From: Octopus sinensis | Taxonomy: Eukaryota | Assembly: GCF_006345805.1 (NCBI RefSeq) | Contig: NC_042997.1 | Coordinates: forward strand, 141,298,001 to 141,362,000 | DNA length: 64,000 nt | Direction: 5' to 3' | Shown: positions 52,501 to 64,000 of the stretch, in pieces | Position numbering within the stretch: position 1 is the stretch's first letter | Layout: each line of letters begins with the position of its first letter | The notes under the pieces: model-generated | Told to the model about the DNA's origin: nothing | The model's input: only the letters and a program-made list of their open reading frames with translations | Databases searched by the model: none | Made by a program: the position numbers and the translations under genes

Positions 52501-53490
52501 TCCGCACGTGTACTGACTTGATGGCAAAACCAACACCAGCCTCACGACGCTCTTCACTGCTGCGACTACTCCAAAAGAAAGTGTAGCCGCCGCTTGTCTC
52601 TGTCAGCTGGCCTTTGTCCGCAAGGCGGGTCTCGCTCAGTGCTGCGATATCGACATTGTATCGGCTCAGTTCTCTGGCCACCAGGGCAGTTCGTCTCTCT
52701 GGTCTGTCCGCTTTGGTGTTGTCAAGCAGAGTTCTCACGTTCCAAGTTGCGAAAGTGAGCACCTTTGTTTGTTTTCTTTCTTTGTTTCGACCGCTTGGAA
52801 AGGATCCCCGCCAGCCGCGGTTTTCTGACCAGGGTGAGGTGAGGCAGGCTATGTTTAGGGCAACCTTTTCTAGCGCCGTCCTCATGCTGCGGAGGCGAAC
52901 AGAGCGATCCTGAAGAGGGCTGCTCGGTCACTCAGGAGGCTGCCGGACTCCACTGCTGCCTCAGTTCACTGAGGGGCGACCACATGTCCTGAGCCGCCTG
53001 TGTGTGGGTTCACGACTGCAGCTCCCAGTGTATCCTCACCTGCTACTTCGCCGTTTCCCCATCGCCACAGGACTTTGTGATGTTGGTGTCATGATGTCAT
53101 GACGTGCGCGTGACTTGGATTATACTGAGGGTGACTTGCGCAGGATCAGCCTCACTCTCTCGTCCTGGTGCGCCGGATCCAGTGGCAAGACAAAGTCAAG
53201 ACGGCTGGGGGTAGACCAGGATGCAGGAGCTGCCGAAAGGTGGCTCACATGGCGCAATCCAACCGCCTTAGGGGCTCCACTCCGGATTTATGTAGGTTTT
53301 TGGATGGCCATTGACTCATGAGAGAGTTCCTCTGCCCTTTGACAGGTTTTGTTCTTAGTCCTGCTGGGTGTCCAAATCACCCTCCTCACCAAGAAATCTT
53401 GGTGGGGTTGCCAGTTTAGTCGCCAACGACCTGACCATGTAACTGGTTGTACTGGGTTACATGTTACCAGTAGCTCCAAGCGGAGACCTG
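49531..53490 (-). mobile_element. Near full-length RTE-clade LINE (RTE-1_MD/AviRTE-like), about 3.96 kb
   Basis: About 600-bp 5'UTR, APE and RT domains, 3' end GGTCATCTTCGAACCCGAAGGACGAAC; visibly GC-richer than its flanks; sits inside a (CATA)n array. Confidence 0.97.
49565..52885 (-). pseudogene. RTE endonuclease/reverse transcriptase ORF, disrupted
   Basis: TWNVRTLLD..RTALVARELSRYNVDIAALSETR; HRGISLLSIAGK; NGVRQGCVLAPTLF; FLFADDCAL; QLRWAGHVSRM; CPTCGRGF..H zinc-finger-like end. Split into six ORF pieces by stops and frameshifts. Confidence 0.95.
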
Positions 53491-53817
53491 ACATACATAC
53501 ATACATACATACATACATACATACATACATACATACATACATACATACATACATGCATGCATACATACATATATACATACATACATACATACTTGCATAA
53601 TACATACATACATGCATGCATACATACATACATGCATGCATACATACATACATACATACATACATACATACATACATACAATACATACATACATACATAC
53701 ATTCATACATACATACATACATATATACATACATACATACATACATGCATACATGCATGCATAAAGCATACATACATACATACATACATACATACATACA
53801 TACATACATACATACAT
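53491..53817 (+). repeat. (CATA)n microsatellite
   Basis: Direct reading; a matching array lies at 49440-49525 on the other side of the LINE. Confidence 0.97.
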
Positions 53818-54099
53818 GTTCACCACCTGAAAGTAAACATCACTTTCTGATGAGATCCGGACTTAATGTGGGGTTATTTTACATCTAACATCGCTTGAAT
53901 GCTGATGATCGAAACCTAAAGGACGGATTGAAACATGTAGGATTCATTTCTGTTTGTCTCTTTTGTTGATTCTCTTCCTTTACATCCTGAATCCTAAATG
54001 TATTGCTCTTTTTCATCGGGATAAAAATAAAATAAAATAAAAACTAATTATTCACTATATTTCTTCTCTATTTTCTTTTTCTAACTTCATATAGAATAA

Positions 54100-54218
54100 G
54101 TACTAGGCTTACAAATAATAAGTCCTTGAGTCGATTTCTTCGACTAAAGGTGGTGCTCCAGCATGGTCGCAGCCAAATGACTGAAACAAATAAAAGAATA
54201 TATATATATATGTATTAT

Positions 54219-54275
<57 letters not shown>

Positions 54276-54335
54276 ATATATATATGTATATATATATATA
54301 CTGTATATATATATAAATAAAAGAATATATATATG

Positions 54336-54378
<43 letters not shown>

Positions 54379-54755
54379 ATATTATATATATATAATATAT
54401 ATATATATATATAAAAGAATATATATATGTATATATATATATACTGTATATATATATAAATAAAAGAATATATATATGTATATATATATATATATATAGT
54501 ATATATATATATATATAATATATATATATATATAATATATATATATATATACATATATATATTCTTTTATTTGTTTCAGTCATTTGACTGCGACCATGCA
54601 ATATACGACAGATTTCTTTCAGTTTCCGTCTACCAAATCTAGTCACAAGGTTTGGGTTGACCCGAGGCTATAGACACTTGCACAAAGTGCCAAGAAATGG
54701 GATTGAATCCGAAACCATGTGGTTGGGAAGCAAGCTCCTTACCACACAGCCACAT
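54100..54755. mobile_element. Tail-to-tail D/E SINE pieces around a TA-rich array
   Basis: Inverted CATGGTCGCAG..ATGACTGAAACAAATAAAAGAAT at about 54160-54200 and 54558-54598. Confidence 0.75.
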
Positions 54756-56129
54756 CTAAAATAATTGAATCTAAAGATAATTTTCACGATGTCAACGGAC
54801 ACATTCCTTTTTAAGTGTCTTTATATACGGGGTGTTAGGTTTACAAATCACATTCTAAATAATGGTTAGAGAAATATTTTTTTGTGGTGAAATATTCATG
54901 AAATACATTTCTTCCAAACTTGAAAATATGTTGACAGTAAATTTTTACGTAGTAAAAGTAACGGAGGAGTTGAATATTATGAATGTCAGATTCCTTGACA
55001 TCAATATGTGTTAATCACCTTGTCGTAGATAACGTTAATCGCGAATATTGAAGGATATACAATTGATATTCGATTTGTTTGATATAAATCTCAAGTATAA
55101 ATGAAAAACTATAGTTGATAGTTATGCATATAAATTGGAAACACTATTTTCATTAGATTACTGATTTGTCGTTTAAAAACCAAGTGAGGGGGAAATAGAT
55201 GATTTCCAATTGATAACTGAACTTTAATTGAATTTTCTGATTGGTATTTTTAAAGGCTATTTTGTTCAAATACTGTATGACATCCAGGCTTCCACGCTAT
55301 CTCCTATCATTTGCATCATTTATTGGATAAAATTAATCATAGAAATAAATTGAAAGAAAAAAATGAGATATTTACTGGAGTCGATATTTCCTTGTAACCA
55401 ATGAAATAAATATTTCATTAGATTCAAGGTACGTGAAAGGAAATTGTTTAAAACTGAAACTTATTTTTGTAACTAATGCTGTCTTGTTAGTTTATCGACT
55501 ATGCTAAACAAAGAAAATATTTTAGCGGGTAGGTTGTTGCAGAAATCAGTGAACTAAATAATCTCCAACAAATTCGCCGTCAAACCTCCGCTAAAATTCT
55601 AGGTGCTATTGATACAACTTATTGAATCAGATTAAAAATAGTGTTCGGAAGGAAAAAGTCTTGTAAACTTTCTGTTACCAGGTCATGTGCATCCTACAGG
55701 AAAATACTTAGTGATTCTCCATTATCTATAAATTATTGGCAAATTTCCATACAATGTTCTCTCAACAAGTAATTTTGTAAACTGTGCAGTTTAGGCAATT
55801 TGGCTGACTCCCTGCAACCTAAGGGTAATATTCTTTATATTTTCCCCCCTTGGATCTTACCAAATATTCCATAAATCACAAACAATTTTTCCGTTTATGT
55901 AAAAGCCCAGAGCATTTCTTTACTATTCATTACATTTATACAGACAACAATTTATTTTTGTGTGCAATTTTCGTGCCAATATTTTCAATGATTAGGTTTC
56001 GCAAAAAAATAAATAAATAAAACAGGTTGGTTAAAAGAACATTAACAATTTTTCTGTGGATATTCATACTGTTTCCATGCAAACCACATAAATAATTGTT
56101 TCTCACATAGGAACGAAACATGCTATTTG

Positions 56130-56985
56130 GTGGTGGGAAACTAGTCGATTATATCGATTATATTGACACCTGTATTTGACTGGTACTTTATTCTGCAGAC
56201 CCCGACAGGAGAAAATGGAAAAAGATCTTGGGGGAGATTTTAACTCAGATTCGGGAAAAAAACCGTTGAGTATTTTTACCAACGTCCAAACGCTTCTGTC
56301 AAAGTACTTCTCCCCAAAGTAACTAAAAACTTATTTGCAACATAGGCTAAAGACCCGAAACTTCGTAGAGGAGAAGTCTAGTCGAGCATATTAACTCCAG
56401 TACATGACTGGTACTTTATTTCATCAACTGGGTTACAAGGCAAAACTGACCTCAACGGTATTTGAACCCAAAACGTAAAAGACCGGAAGAAATACTGCAA
56501 CGCATTTTCCCATCATTTCAACGATTCTACTAAATCACCACCATTAAAGTTATATAAATAATTAATATTGATTAAAATAAACTTAGCAAAAGGCTGGCAA
56601 TTTTGGAGGCGGGGTAAATCAATTACATCGACTCCTGTGTTCAACTAGTACGTATTTTCTCAACCCCGAAAGGATAAGAGGCCAACTCGACCCCGACAGA
56701 ATTTGAACTCGCAATACAAAGACAGACGAAATGCCGCTAAGTATCTTGCCCAGTGCGCTAACGTTTCTGCCACCTTGCCGCCTATGTATATAATAAATTT
56801 TTAGTGATCCTTCGTCCTTCGTTACGTTCTGAGGTTCAAATTCCGCAGAGGTCGACATTACCTTCCATCCTTTCGAGGACGATAAAATAAGTACCAGTTG
56901 AATACTGGGGTCGATGCAATCGACTTAGTCCCACCCCAAAATTGCTGGCCTTGTGCTGGTATTGTGCCAAAGTCTGAACCCTATA
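56130..56985. mobile_element. Cluster of decayed family A SINEs, including a head-to-head inverted pair
   Basis: Minus copies at 56130-56530 and 56590-56783; plus copy at 56810-56960. Confidence 0.7.
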
Positions 56986-57797
56986 TTCAATGATCTTTGT
57001 TTCAGTCTTGCATCCGGGAAAAGAAGTAATTTATGTTTTCTAAAGATCTATCTGAAACTACTTCTACATATAACAATCAATTACATAATAGAATTGATTC
57101 TGACTGGGACTATAAGTTTCGCTTGATTATTCAAACGAAATAATTGGAAACGTCAAGTGAAACTTAAAATGTACGTCAAAACGTATTTAGTGAAAATTTT
57201 AACGAATTTATTATTAAGTTTTCCCATAAATAAATACAAAATTTTTATTCATAAATCTACTTTAAAATATTAAACTTAAATTAACAACTAACTATCAATG
57301 AAATTCTATAACAAATCTATGAAAATTGACAATCCGATAAAATTAAATTATATCATTTCTGTTATTAAATCACACCTACCTTATGTATATATAATCATAT
57401 AGAGAAGTTATGATGCAATACGCTTAAATATTTGGCACCATAGATCTCGATTTTACGAAAATTTCCAGATACACAGACTCTAAGAGTACTTGTTAAAATT
57501 ATATGCTTTAGAAATAGATTTCACTGTTACTATCATCGTTATACTAAATTTAAAATATAAAACACAATCTTCTATACATGCATACGTTCGCAAATGCAAA
57601 TGTGTATATAAATACACACACACACATACACGTATGTATGTAGGTATACATACATACAAAAAAGTATAATTCTATTGTCGACCGTGGAATATGTGCAGTG
57701 AGTATACCCCTGTGTGGCTTTGATGGCTACACTGTGTATTCAGTCTCTACTTGTGAGTGCATGCATAACTGGAAGGACTTATATTTTTTATATGTAT

Positions 57798-57915
<118 letters not shown>

Positions 57916-58561
57916 GCATCAAAGGCATTCTGAAGCACGATATGTGAACCATACATCGGGTCAGCAGTGGGCTCTGCAGTCTACTGCAGTGTGCAATCTA
58001 GTATGATGCGGTGCATCAACTTTGAGATGTACTTAGTGTGTAGAAAAAACAATACAAATAATAATTTACAGAAAACAGATATGGTAGTCAATATTTTCAA
58101 GAACGTGCGGTTGTTTCATTAAAATGCCGTAACAATTACATAACAGTTGTAAAAATATTATGCAATGTGTCACCACACCTCAGTGCTCCGCAATAAATAC
58201 AATGACATGTTAAAAGCTCCAAATATATACAGATTTCCACTATGCAAATTATCAACGACTTTGCATGCCATATACATACGTTAGGTTATGTCGGACAAAT
58301 GAGAAAATTGTTCAATGCATGTTGTGAAGGATTTGGTGTTTTCATTGCAACTGAAACTGTAGAGTTTGTTTCACGACTCAAGTTTATACATCTACGATCC
58401 TCAGCCGAGAATTATTACAGTTGATATTTATATTCCTTGATGTGTGTCTGTGGCTTAGTATTTGTGTTTTTTCATTGGATTGGTGTTCATTGACAGGGTA
58501 CAAAGCACACACAAAATCTTTTTTGCAACAAGAAAACACATTTCTACAAAATAACAGTTTC

Positions 58562-58679
58562 TTTTTACTCTCAAAATAAGCAACAAAAATTACTCATCAG
58601 TCAAAAGCACCTTTTATTAAAGATATAGCTACTCACAAAACGGATGAGTAATTTTTGCTGCATGTTTTGAGAGTAAAAA
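58562..58679. repeat. Small MITE-like inverted repeat
   Basis: 37-bp arms TTTTTACTCTCAAAA..AAAAATTACTCATC / GATGAGTAATTTTT..TTTTGAGAGTAAAAA with a 44-nt spacer. Confidence 0.7.
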
Positions 58680-58830
58680 TATCGAACTCATATCCCTTAT
58701 GTTTATTTACATATGACGTAATTTCTATTACATCTAGCATTTCTAGTTCTAAAACTGCAGAATTTGTCACTAAAGCAGTCTAGCATAATGGTGGAGCACT
58801 TTGACTGGAAATAAATTTAATTGGTAGTTC

Positions 58831-58870
<40 letters not shown>

Positions 58871-59084
58871 TGTGTGTCTGTGTGTGTGCGTGTGTACTCA
58901 GTTACATATGTGCATAAATATATATATATATATAATCACACAAACACACACACAGATGATCTAATGCCACTCCCTGCCGGTTACGACGACGATTGTTCTA
59001 GTTGGTCTGATAATTTCACACACTGCTATAAAATTACTGTGCAAATGGCTGAGAAACAGACGTACTAGTAATGTAGTTCTCAGA

Positions 59085-59285
59085 GAGATTCAGCATGACA
59101 CGGAAAGCAAACAAGGTTGGCCCTGTGAATTTCAGGTACTACTCATTTTTTGCCAGCTGAGTGAACTGGAGCAACATGAAATAAAGTGTCTTGTTCAAGG
59201 ATACAATGCGTCGCCCACTGGGAATCGAAGTCACAACCTTTCGATTGTAAACCGAATACGTTACCCACTTAGCCACGTGCCTTCC
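59085..59285 (-). mobile_element. CORE-type SINE fragment
   Basis: Reverse complement of the family B head and CORE block. Confidence 0.7.
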
Positions 59286-59315
59286 GTGCACACACACACA
59301 TACACACACACACAC

Positions 59316-59368
<53 letters not shown>

Positions 59369-60257
59369 GTTAGAAGGGGTGGGTCGAAATTTTATATTCT
59401 GATTAGTGTTCATTTTGGTATGAGAAATAAATTGACCCCACCACCACCAACTAATTCTGCGTTTTGAATACTGAAAATGTAAGAAACTGTAAATTTGTTT
59501 TAATGCTATTAACTTTGTATTGGTTAATTATTACCTATATAACATTCTATAACTTTTATGTAACCCCAAACCCCACCCTACCTAAAAAGAAAACAGTTAT
59601 TGGAATCTTTATTTATATAGTCTCTATTAATTTTTTTAATAAAAAAGCCTATATTCAGAAAAGCACTTCCAATGTTAAGAAAATGTAAATTCATAATGAC
59701 TAATTTGATATGCAATAAAAAAACTATGCACGAACCTCAAACGGAATATTACATGAACAGTGAACACCATAAAATGAGTATTAATAGTATTTACTATTTA
59801 ATTAAATAATCATTATCTTTTCCAGTCAAAGTGAGATAAACTCTGTCTTGATTTCTATACATTTAATATGAATTGGTGCCTATTTTCGTAGCCTATTCTG
59901 ACTTCAGAAGCTGTTGTCACTAAATTGATAACATGCTCGACTCCTTGGCTGTGATATACTTTCGCTCACAGTTTTAGTGATTGCGAGGAGACGTCAACAC
60001 CGCCCCGACCCATCTTTCTTTGATCGCACAGAAAATAGAAATGTAACACCACTTAGCTATGCACATTTGCATGTCAGATTGTAAGCGTAACATGAAATAG
60101 CGTATTTTACCGAAGAACACAACACGCTGCCCTGTCAAGGAATCGAACCAACATAATTCTAGTCCAACATACCCTAAGCACAAGAGCACACGTCTTCTCA
60201 ACATATTCAATAAACAAACATACACACACACACACATACACACACACACACACGCAC

Positions 60258-60298
<41 letters not shown>

Positions 60299-60359
60299 CA
60301 TACATACATACATACATACATACATACATACATACATACATACATACATACATACATAC

Positions 60360-60397
<38 letters not shown>

Positions 60398-60629
60398 GAG
60401 ACGAAATTGCCAATTAAATATATCTTTAAGTAACAGGCGCAGCTGAGAGACGTGTTTAAACTATCTTAATCTGACGCCGCTCCCATTTTTCGTATGAAGC
60501 ACTCTTCAATATTTGGAAATACAAACAACTTCAAGAGATGTGATTATTAGTGGACAGAAGATTTTAATCGACTTATATTTAATGTATCAGCTACTTATAC
60601 AAAAAGCAGAGATTCTGGACACTGTGAGA

Positions 60630-61025
60630 CAATCTAAGTTTCAATTAAATTCCGCCGAAATCGACTTTGCCTTTCATCCTTTCGGGGTCGATTAAATAAG
60701 TATCAGTTATACACTGGGATCGATGTAATAGACGTAATCCCTTTCTCTGTCCTTGTTTGTCCCCTTTATGTTTAGCTCCTTGTGGGCAATAAAGAAATAA
60801 AAATATTTAGTGTTTGTAAGGCGGCGAGGAAATGCTTAACAGTATTTCCTTTGTCACTACGTTCTGAGTTCAAATTCCGCAGAGGTCAACTTTGCCTTTC
60901 ATCCTTTTGGGGTCGATTAAATAGGTAGCAGTTGCGCACTGGGGTCGATGTAATCTACTTAATCCGTTTGTCTGTCCTTGTTTGTCCCCTCTATGTTTAG
61001 CCCCTTGTGGGCAGTAAAGAAATAA
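60630..61025 (+). mobile_element. Two family A SINE copies
   Basis: Central domain and GTTTAGCCCCTTGTGGG tails. Confidence 0.75.
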
Positions 61026-61046
61026 GAAACTGAAAGAAGCCCGTCG

Positions 61047-61090
<44 letters not shown>

Positions 61091-61226
61091 TACTTACATA
61101 CGTGTGTGTGTGTGTGCGAGTGCGTGTGCGTGTGTGTATCTTTATGTCTCTGTTTGTCCTCACTACCACCACCACTACCAGCGCTTGGTAATCGGTGTCG
61201 GTGTATTTACTTATTAGCGGTAATGA

Positions 61227-61558
61227 AGGCGCAAGACTCAATGGTTAGAGCGTCGAGCTTATGATCGTGAGATTGTGAGTTCAAATCCCGGACCGGGTTG
61301 CGTGTTGTGATCTTGAGCAAGACACTTTGTTTCACGTTGCTCCTGTTCACTCAGCTGTAGAAATGAGTTGCAACATCACTGGTGCCAAGCTGTATCAGCC
61401 TTTGCCTTTCCCTTGGATAACACTGGTGGCGTGGAGAGCGGAGGCCGGTATCCATGGGCGACTGCTGGTCTTCTATAAACAACCTTGCCTGGACTTGTGC
61501 CTGGGAGGGTAACTTTCTAGGTGCAATCCCATGGTTAGTCATGACCGAAGGGGGTCTC
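61227..61558 (+). mobile_element. CORE-type SINE family C nested in a D-E element
   Basis: tRNA head, GTGATCTTGAGCAAGACACTT block and family C tail; TAGCGGT occurs on both sides. Confidence 0.75.
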
Positions 61559-61844
61559 AGCAACCTAGCGGTTCGACAAAAGGAAAGATAGAATAAGTAC
61601 CAGGATTTAAAACATGTACTGAGATCGATTCGTTCTCCTAAAAGTTCTTCAAGGCAGTGCCCCAGATTGGTAGCAGTTTAATGACTGAAGAAACTAAAAA
61701 GTAAGTATAAGCTTTTGCTGCTAATCCTGACATAAGTTTCTATAAAATATATAATACGAGAATTTTCACATCAAAAAATATGTTGTATGTTCACGGCTAC
61801 ATTACTACAATTGAAGTATTTTTTAAAATTTCCCTAATATATCA

Positions 61845-62193
61845 TAGGCGCAAGCGTAGCAAAAAGTATCACCTTATGATTCCACGTTCAATCCCACTGC
61901 GTGGCACCTTAGGCGAGCGTCTTGTCCTCTAGCTCCGAGCCGATCAAAGACTTATAACTGGATTTGGTGGAGAAAAACTGTAAGAAGCCCGTTATATGTA
62001 TACATATATGTGTGTGTGTGTTTGTATGTATGTATGTATTATTCTTTTTATTCTTTTACTTGTTTCAGTCATTAGACTGCAGTCATGCTAGAGCACCGCA
62101 TTATATACATATATAAATAAAATAAATTAATTTTACTCTACTATGTATTGAGTACCTTATTTACTGTGGTTAACCCCGAATCAACCCGGGACC

Positions 62194-62242
<49 letters not shown>

Positions 62243-62440
62243 CTGTGTTTTTGTTTGCCCATCACTACCGCCTGACAACTAATTTTGCTTTGTTTATGAC
62301 CCCGTAACCTTGTGGTTCAGTAAAAAGACCCCGATAAAATAAGTACTAGGTTTAGAAAAAGTAAATAGTAAGATCGGTTTGTTCTACTAAAACCGTCAAG
62401 GCGGTGCTGCAATCCAGTGACTTAAACCAGTAAAAGATAA
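61845..62440 (+). mobile_element. Decayed D-E composite SINE
   Basis: D head at 61845-62010, microsatellites, E tail at 62240-62440. Confidence 0.6.
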
Positions 62441-62774
62441 GCGATATGGTAGCAAAATAATTCAGAATTTATCCTCTCCTCCTCCATATCTTTAGAAATT
62501 TTTCTCTATATATGCGTTACGAACTGAAAATCTAGCTTCAAATTTAGAGACTTTGTTTATTTAAAAGTTTCGTACTGCAGGCGACATCAAATCATAAATA
62601 CTTAAAAAATATCTATGATCACATTTATATTAAACTACGCCATGCACAAATACAAAGCTCAACAATTTTCTTTTCAATTTTGGAGAGAAGTCTACAATTT
62701 GCAGACGATATAATATCGACAGTACTTAGTCTTCAGAAAACATTTACCACCAAGTCGGCAAATATTTAAAGAGT

Positions 62775-63158
62775 GGAGGTGCAATGGCCCAGTGGTTAGG
62801 GCAGCGGACTCGCGGTCGGAGGATCGCGGTTTCGATTCCCAGACCGGGCATTGTGAGTGTTTAATGAGCGAAAACACCTAAAGCTCCACGAGGCTCCGGC
62901 AAGGGGTGGTGGTGAACCCTGCTGTACTCTTTCACCACAACTTTCTCTCGCTCTTTCTTCCTGTTTCTCTTGTACCTGTATTTCAAAGGGCCAGCCTTGT
63001 CACACTCTGTGTCACGCTGAATCTCCTCGAGAACTACGTTATGGGTACACGTGTCTGTGGAGTGCTCAGCCACTTGCACGTTAATATCACGAGCAAGCTG
63101 TTCCGTTGATCGTATCAGCTGGGACCCTCATCGTCGCAACCGACGGAGTGCTCCTATT
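62775..63158 (+). mobile_element. SINE family B with 15-bp TSD
   Basis: AAATATTTAAAGAGT at 62760-62774 and 63159-63173. Confidence 0.9.
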
Positions 63159-63730
63159 AAATATTTAAAGAGTCAAAATACTTTAAATAACTATGGTTAG
63201 TAAGAGTTTCATATTAGCTATTTATATGGAAGACGACATTTTGAAATAATTTAATTCCTTGAATTTAATGCATTTAATAGTTACGTCAGTATGAATATCA
63301 CAAACTGCTCGGTATAGGACCACCAAAATATGATTTAGCAAATTCAACTATAGACAACAATATATGAAAATCCATAGAAATTTTAGCTTCGTAATCTTCT
63401 CTCCAAACAGGCCTTTAGAGAGGTGGTATTTCTTTTCTACGGACGTCTATCAGAAGACCGTGTGCTTTGTGAGTGAAAATTGTTGGTGAATACCCAATAC
63501 AAATTGATACGCAAACTCTTTTATAGAACCGAACGAAATGTATGCTGTTGCCTCATCGCATTTCAATGTGCTTGCGATTATTTTTGATTATACATGGTCA
63601 CGCTGTTTCCCTACTTCAATTGTAGGTAATGAAAATCAGTTTCAATACAAAATATTTTAGCTTATAAAATCTAGACACTATCTACATTATTTACAATTGA
63701 CAGATATTCGTTCTCATCTTCTTTGTTGTT

Positions 63731-63776
63731 AACACAACGTTTCGGCTGATATACCCTCCAGCCTTCATCAGGTGTC
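63731..63776 (-). ncRNA. Intact minimal type-I hammerhead ribozyme
   Basis: GACAC-CTGATGA-A-GGCTG(GAGGGTATAT)CAGCC-GAAA-CGTT-GTGTT; stem I 5 bp, stem II 5 bp, palindromic AACGTT stem III. Confidence 0.75.
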
Positions 63777-63833
63777 TTGGGGAAATTTCAAACCTGGGTT
63801 CTCATTCCTAAGGTATTTTTTCGATTTTGTTAC

Positions 63834-63882
<49 letters not shown>

Positions 63883-63895
63883 GTTATTATTATTA

Positions 63896-64000
63896 TTGAG
63901 TGAGAGAGCAGTTCATGCCAGCAAAGTGACACTGGGGTAAAATATACGAAGCCCAGTATACCCATCATGACTACCCGTCTGATAAGGGTACACTAGGCAC
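63896..64000 (-). repeat. Family F repeat, truncated by the window edge
   Basis: GAGTGAGAGAGCAGTTCATGCC... following (ATT)n. Confidence 0.8.

Noticed and set aside
50418-52913. Long plus-strand ORFs (50418-50840, 50777-51463, 52614-52913)
   Set aside because: They are antisense shadows of the GC-rich RTE ORF.

Overview
AT-rich eukaryotic (animal) DNA. The SINE families and microsatellite load look like an Octopus (coleoid cephalopod) genome; this is recognition from memory, not a database result. No host protein-coding gene can be called confidently: the window reads as intronic or intergenic DNA packed with transposons and microsatellites. It holds a near full-length decayed RTE-clade LINE (49.5-53.5 kb, minus), a complete-length irritans-type mariner nested in the TIR of an older mariner, three other Tc1/mariner (maT/DD37D-like) relics, Penelope-like relics, R4/Dong-clade and Tx1-clade LINE fragments, a non-autonomous Helitron with both termini, and dozens of tRNA-derived SINEs. 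The most interesting signal is a set of small self-cleaving ribozyme folds: (1) a 331-bp palindrome with two mirror-image minimal hammerheads that have a U3-A8 compensatory core; (2) an intact minimal type-I hammerhead at 63.73-63.78 kb with a decayed sister copy at 24.6 kb; (3) a hammerhead at the end of a Penelope relic; (4) a partial HDV-like fold at the RTE 5' end. An unexplained 436/486-bp hairpin-rich unit also occurs as circularly permuted, greater-than-unit-length inverted copies at 47.2-48.3 kb. Most ORFs in the track are microsatellite or antisense-TE artefacts. Coordinates were counted by hand, and repeat boundaries are approximate unless TSDs or TIRs are quoted.
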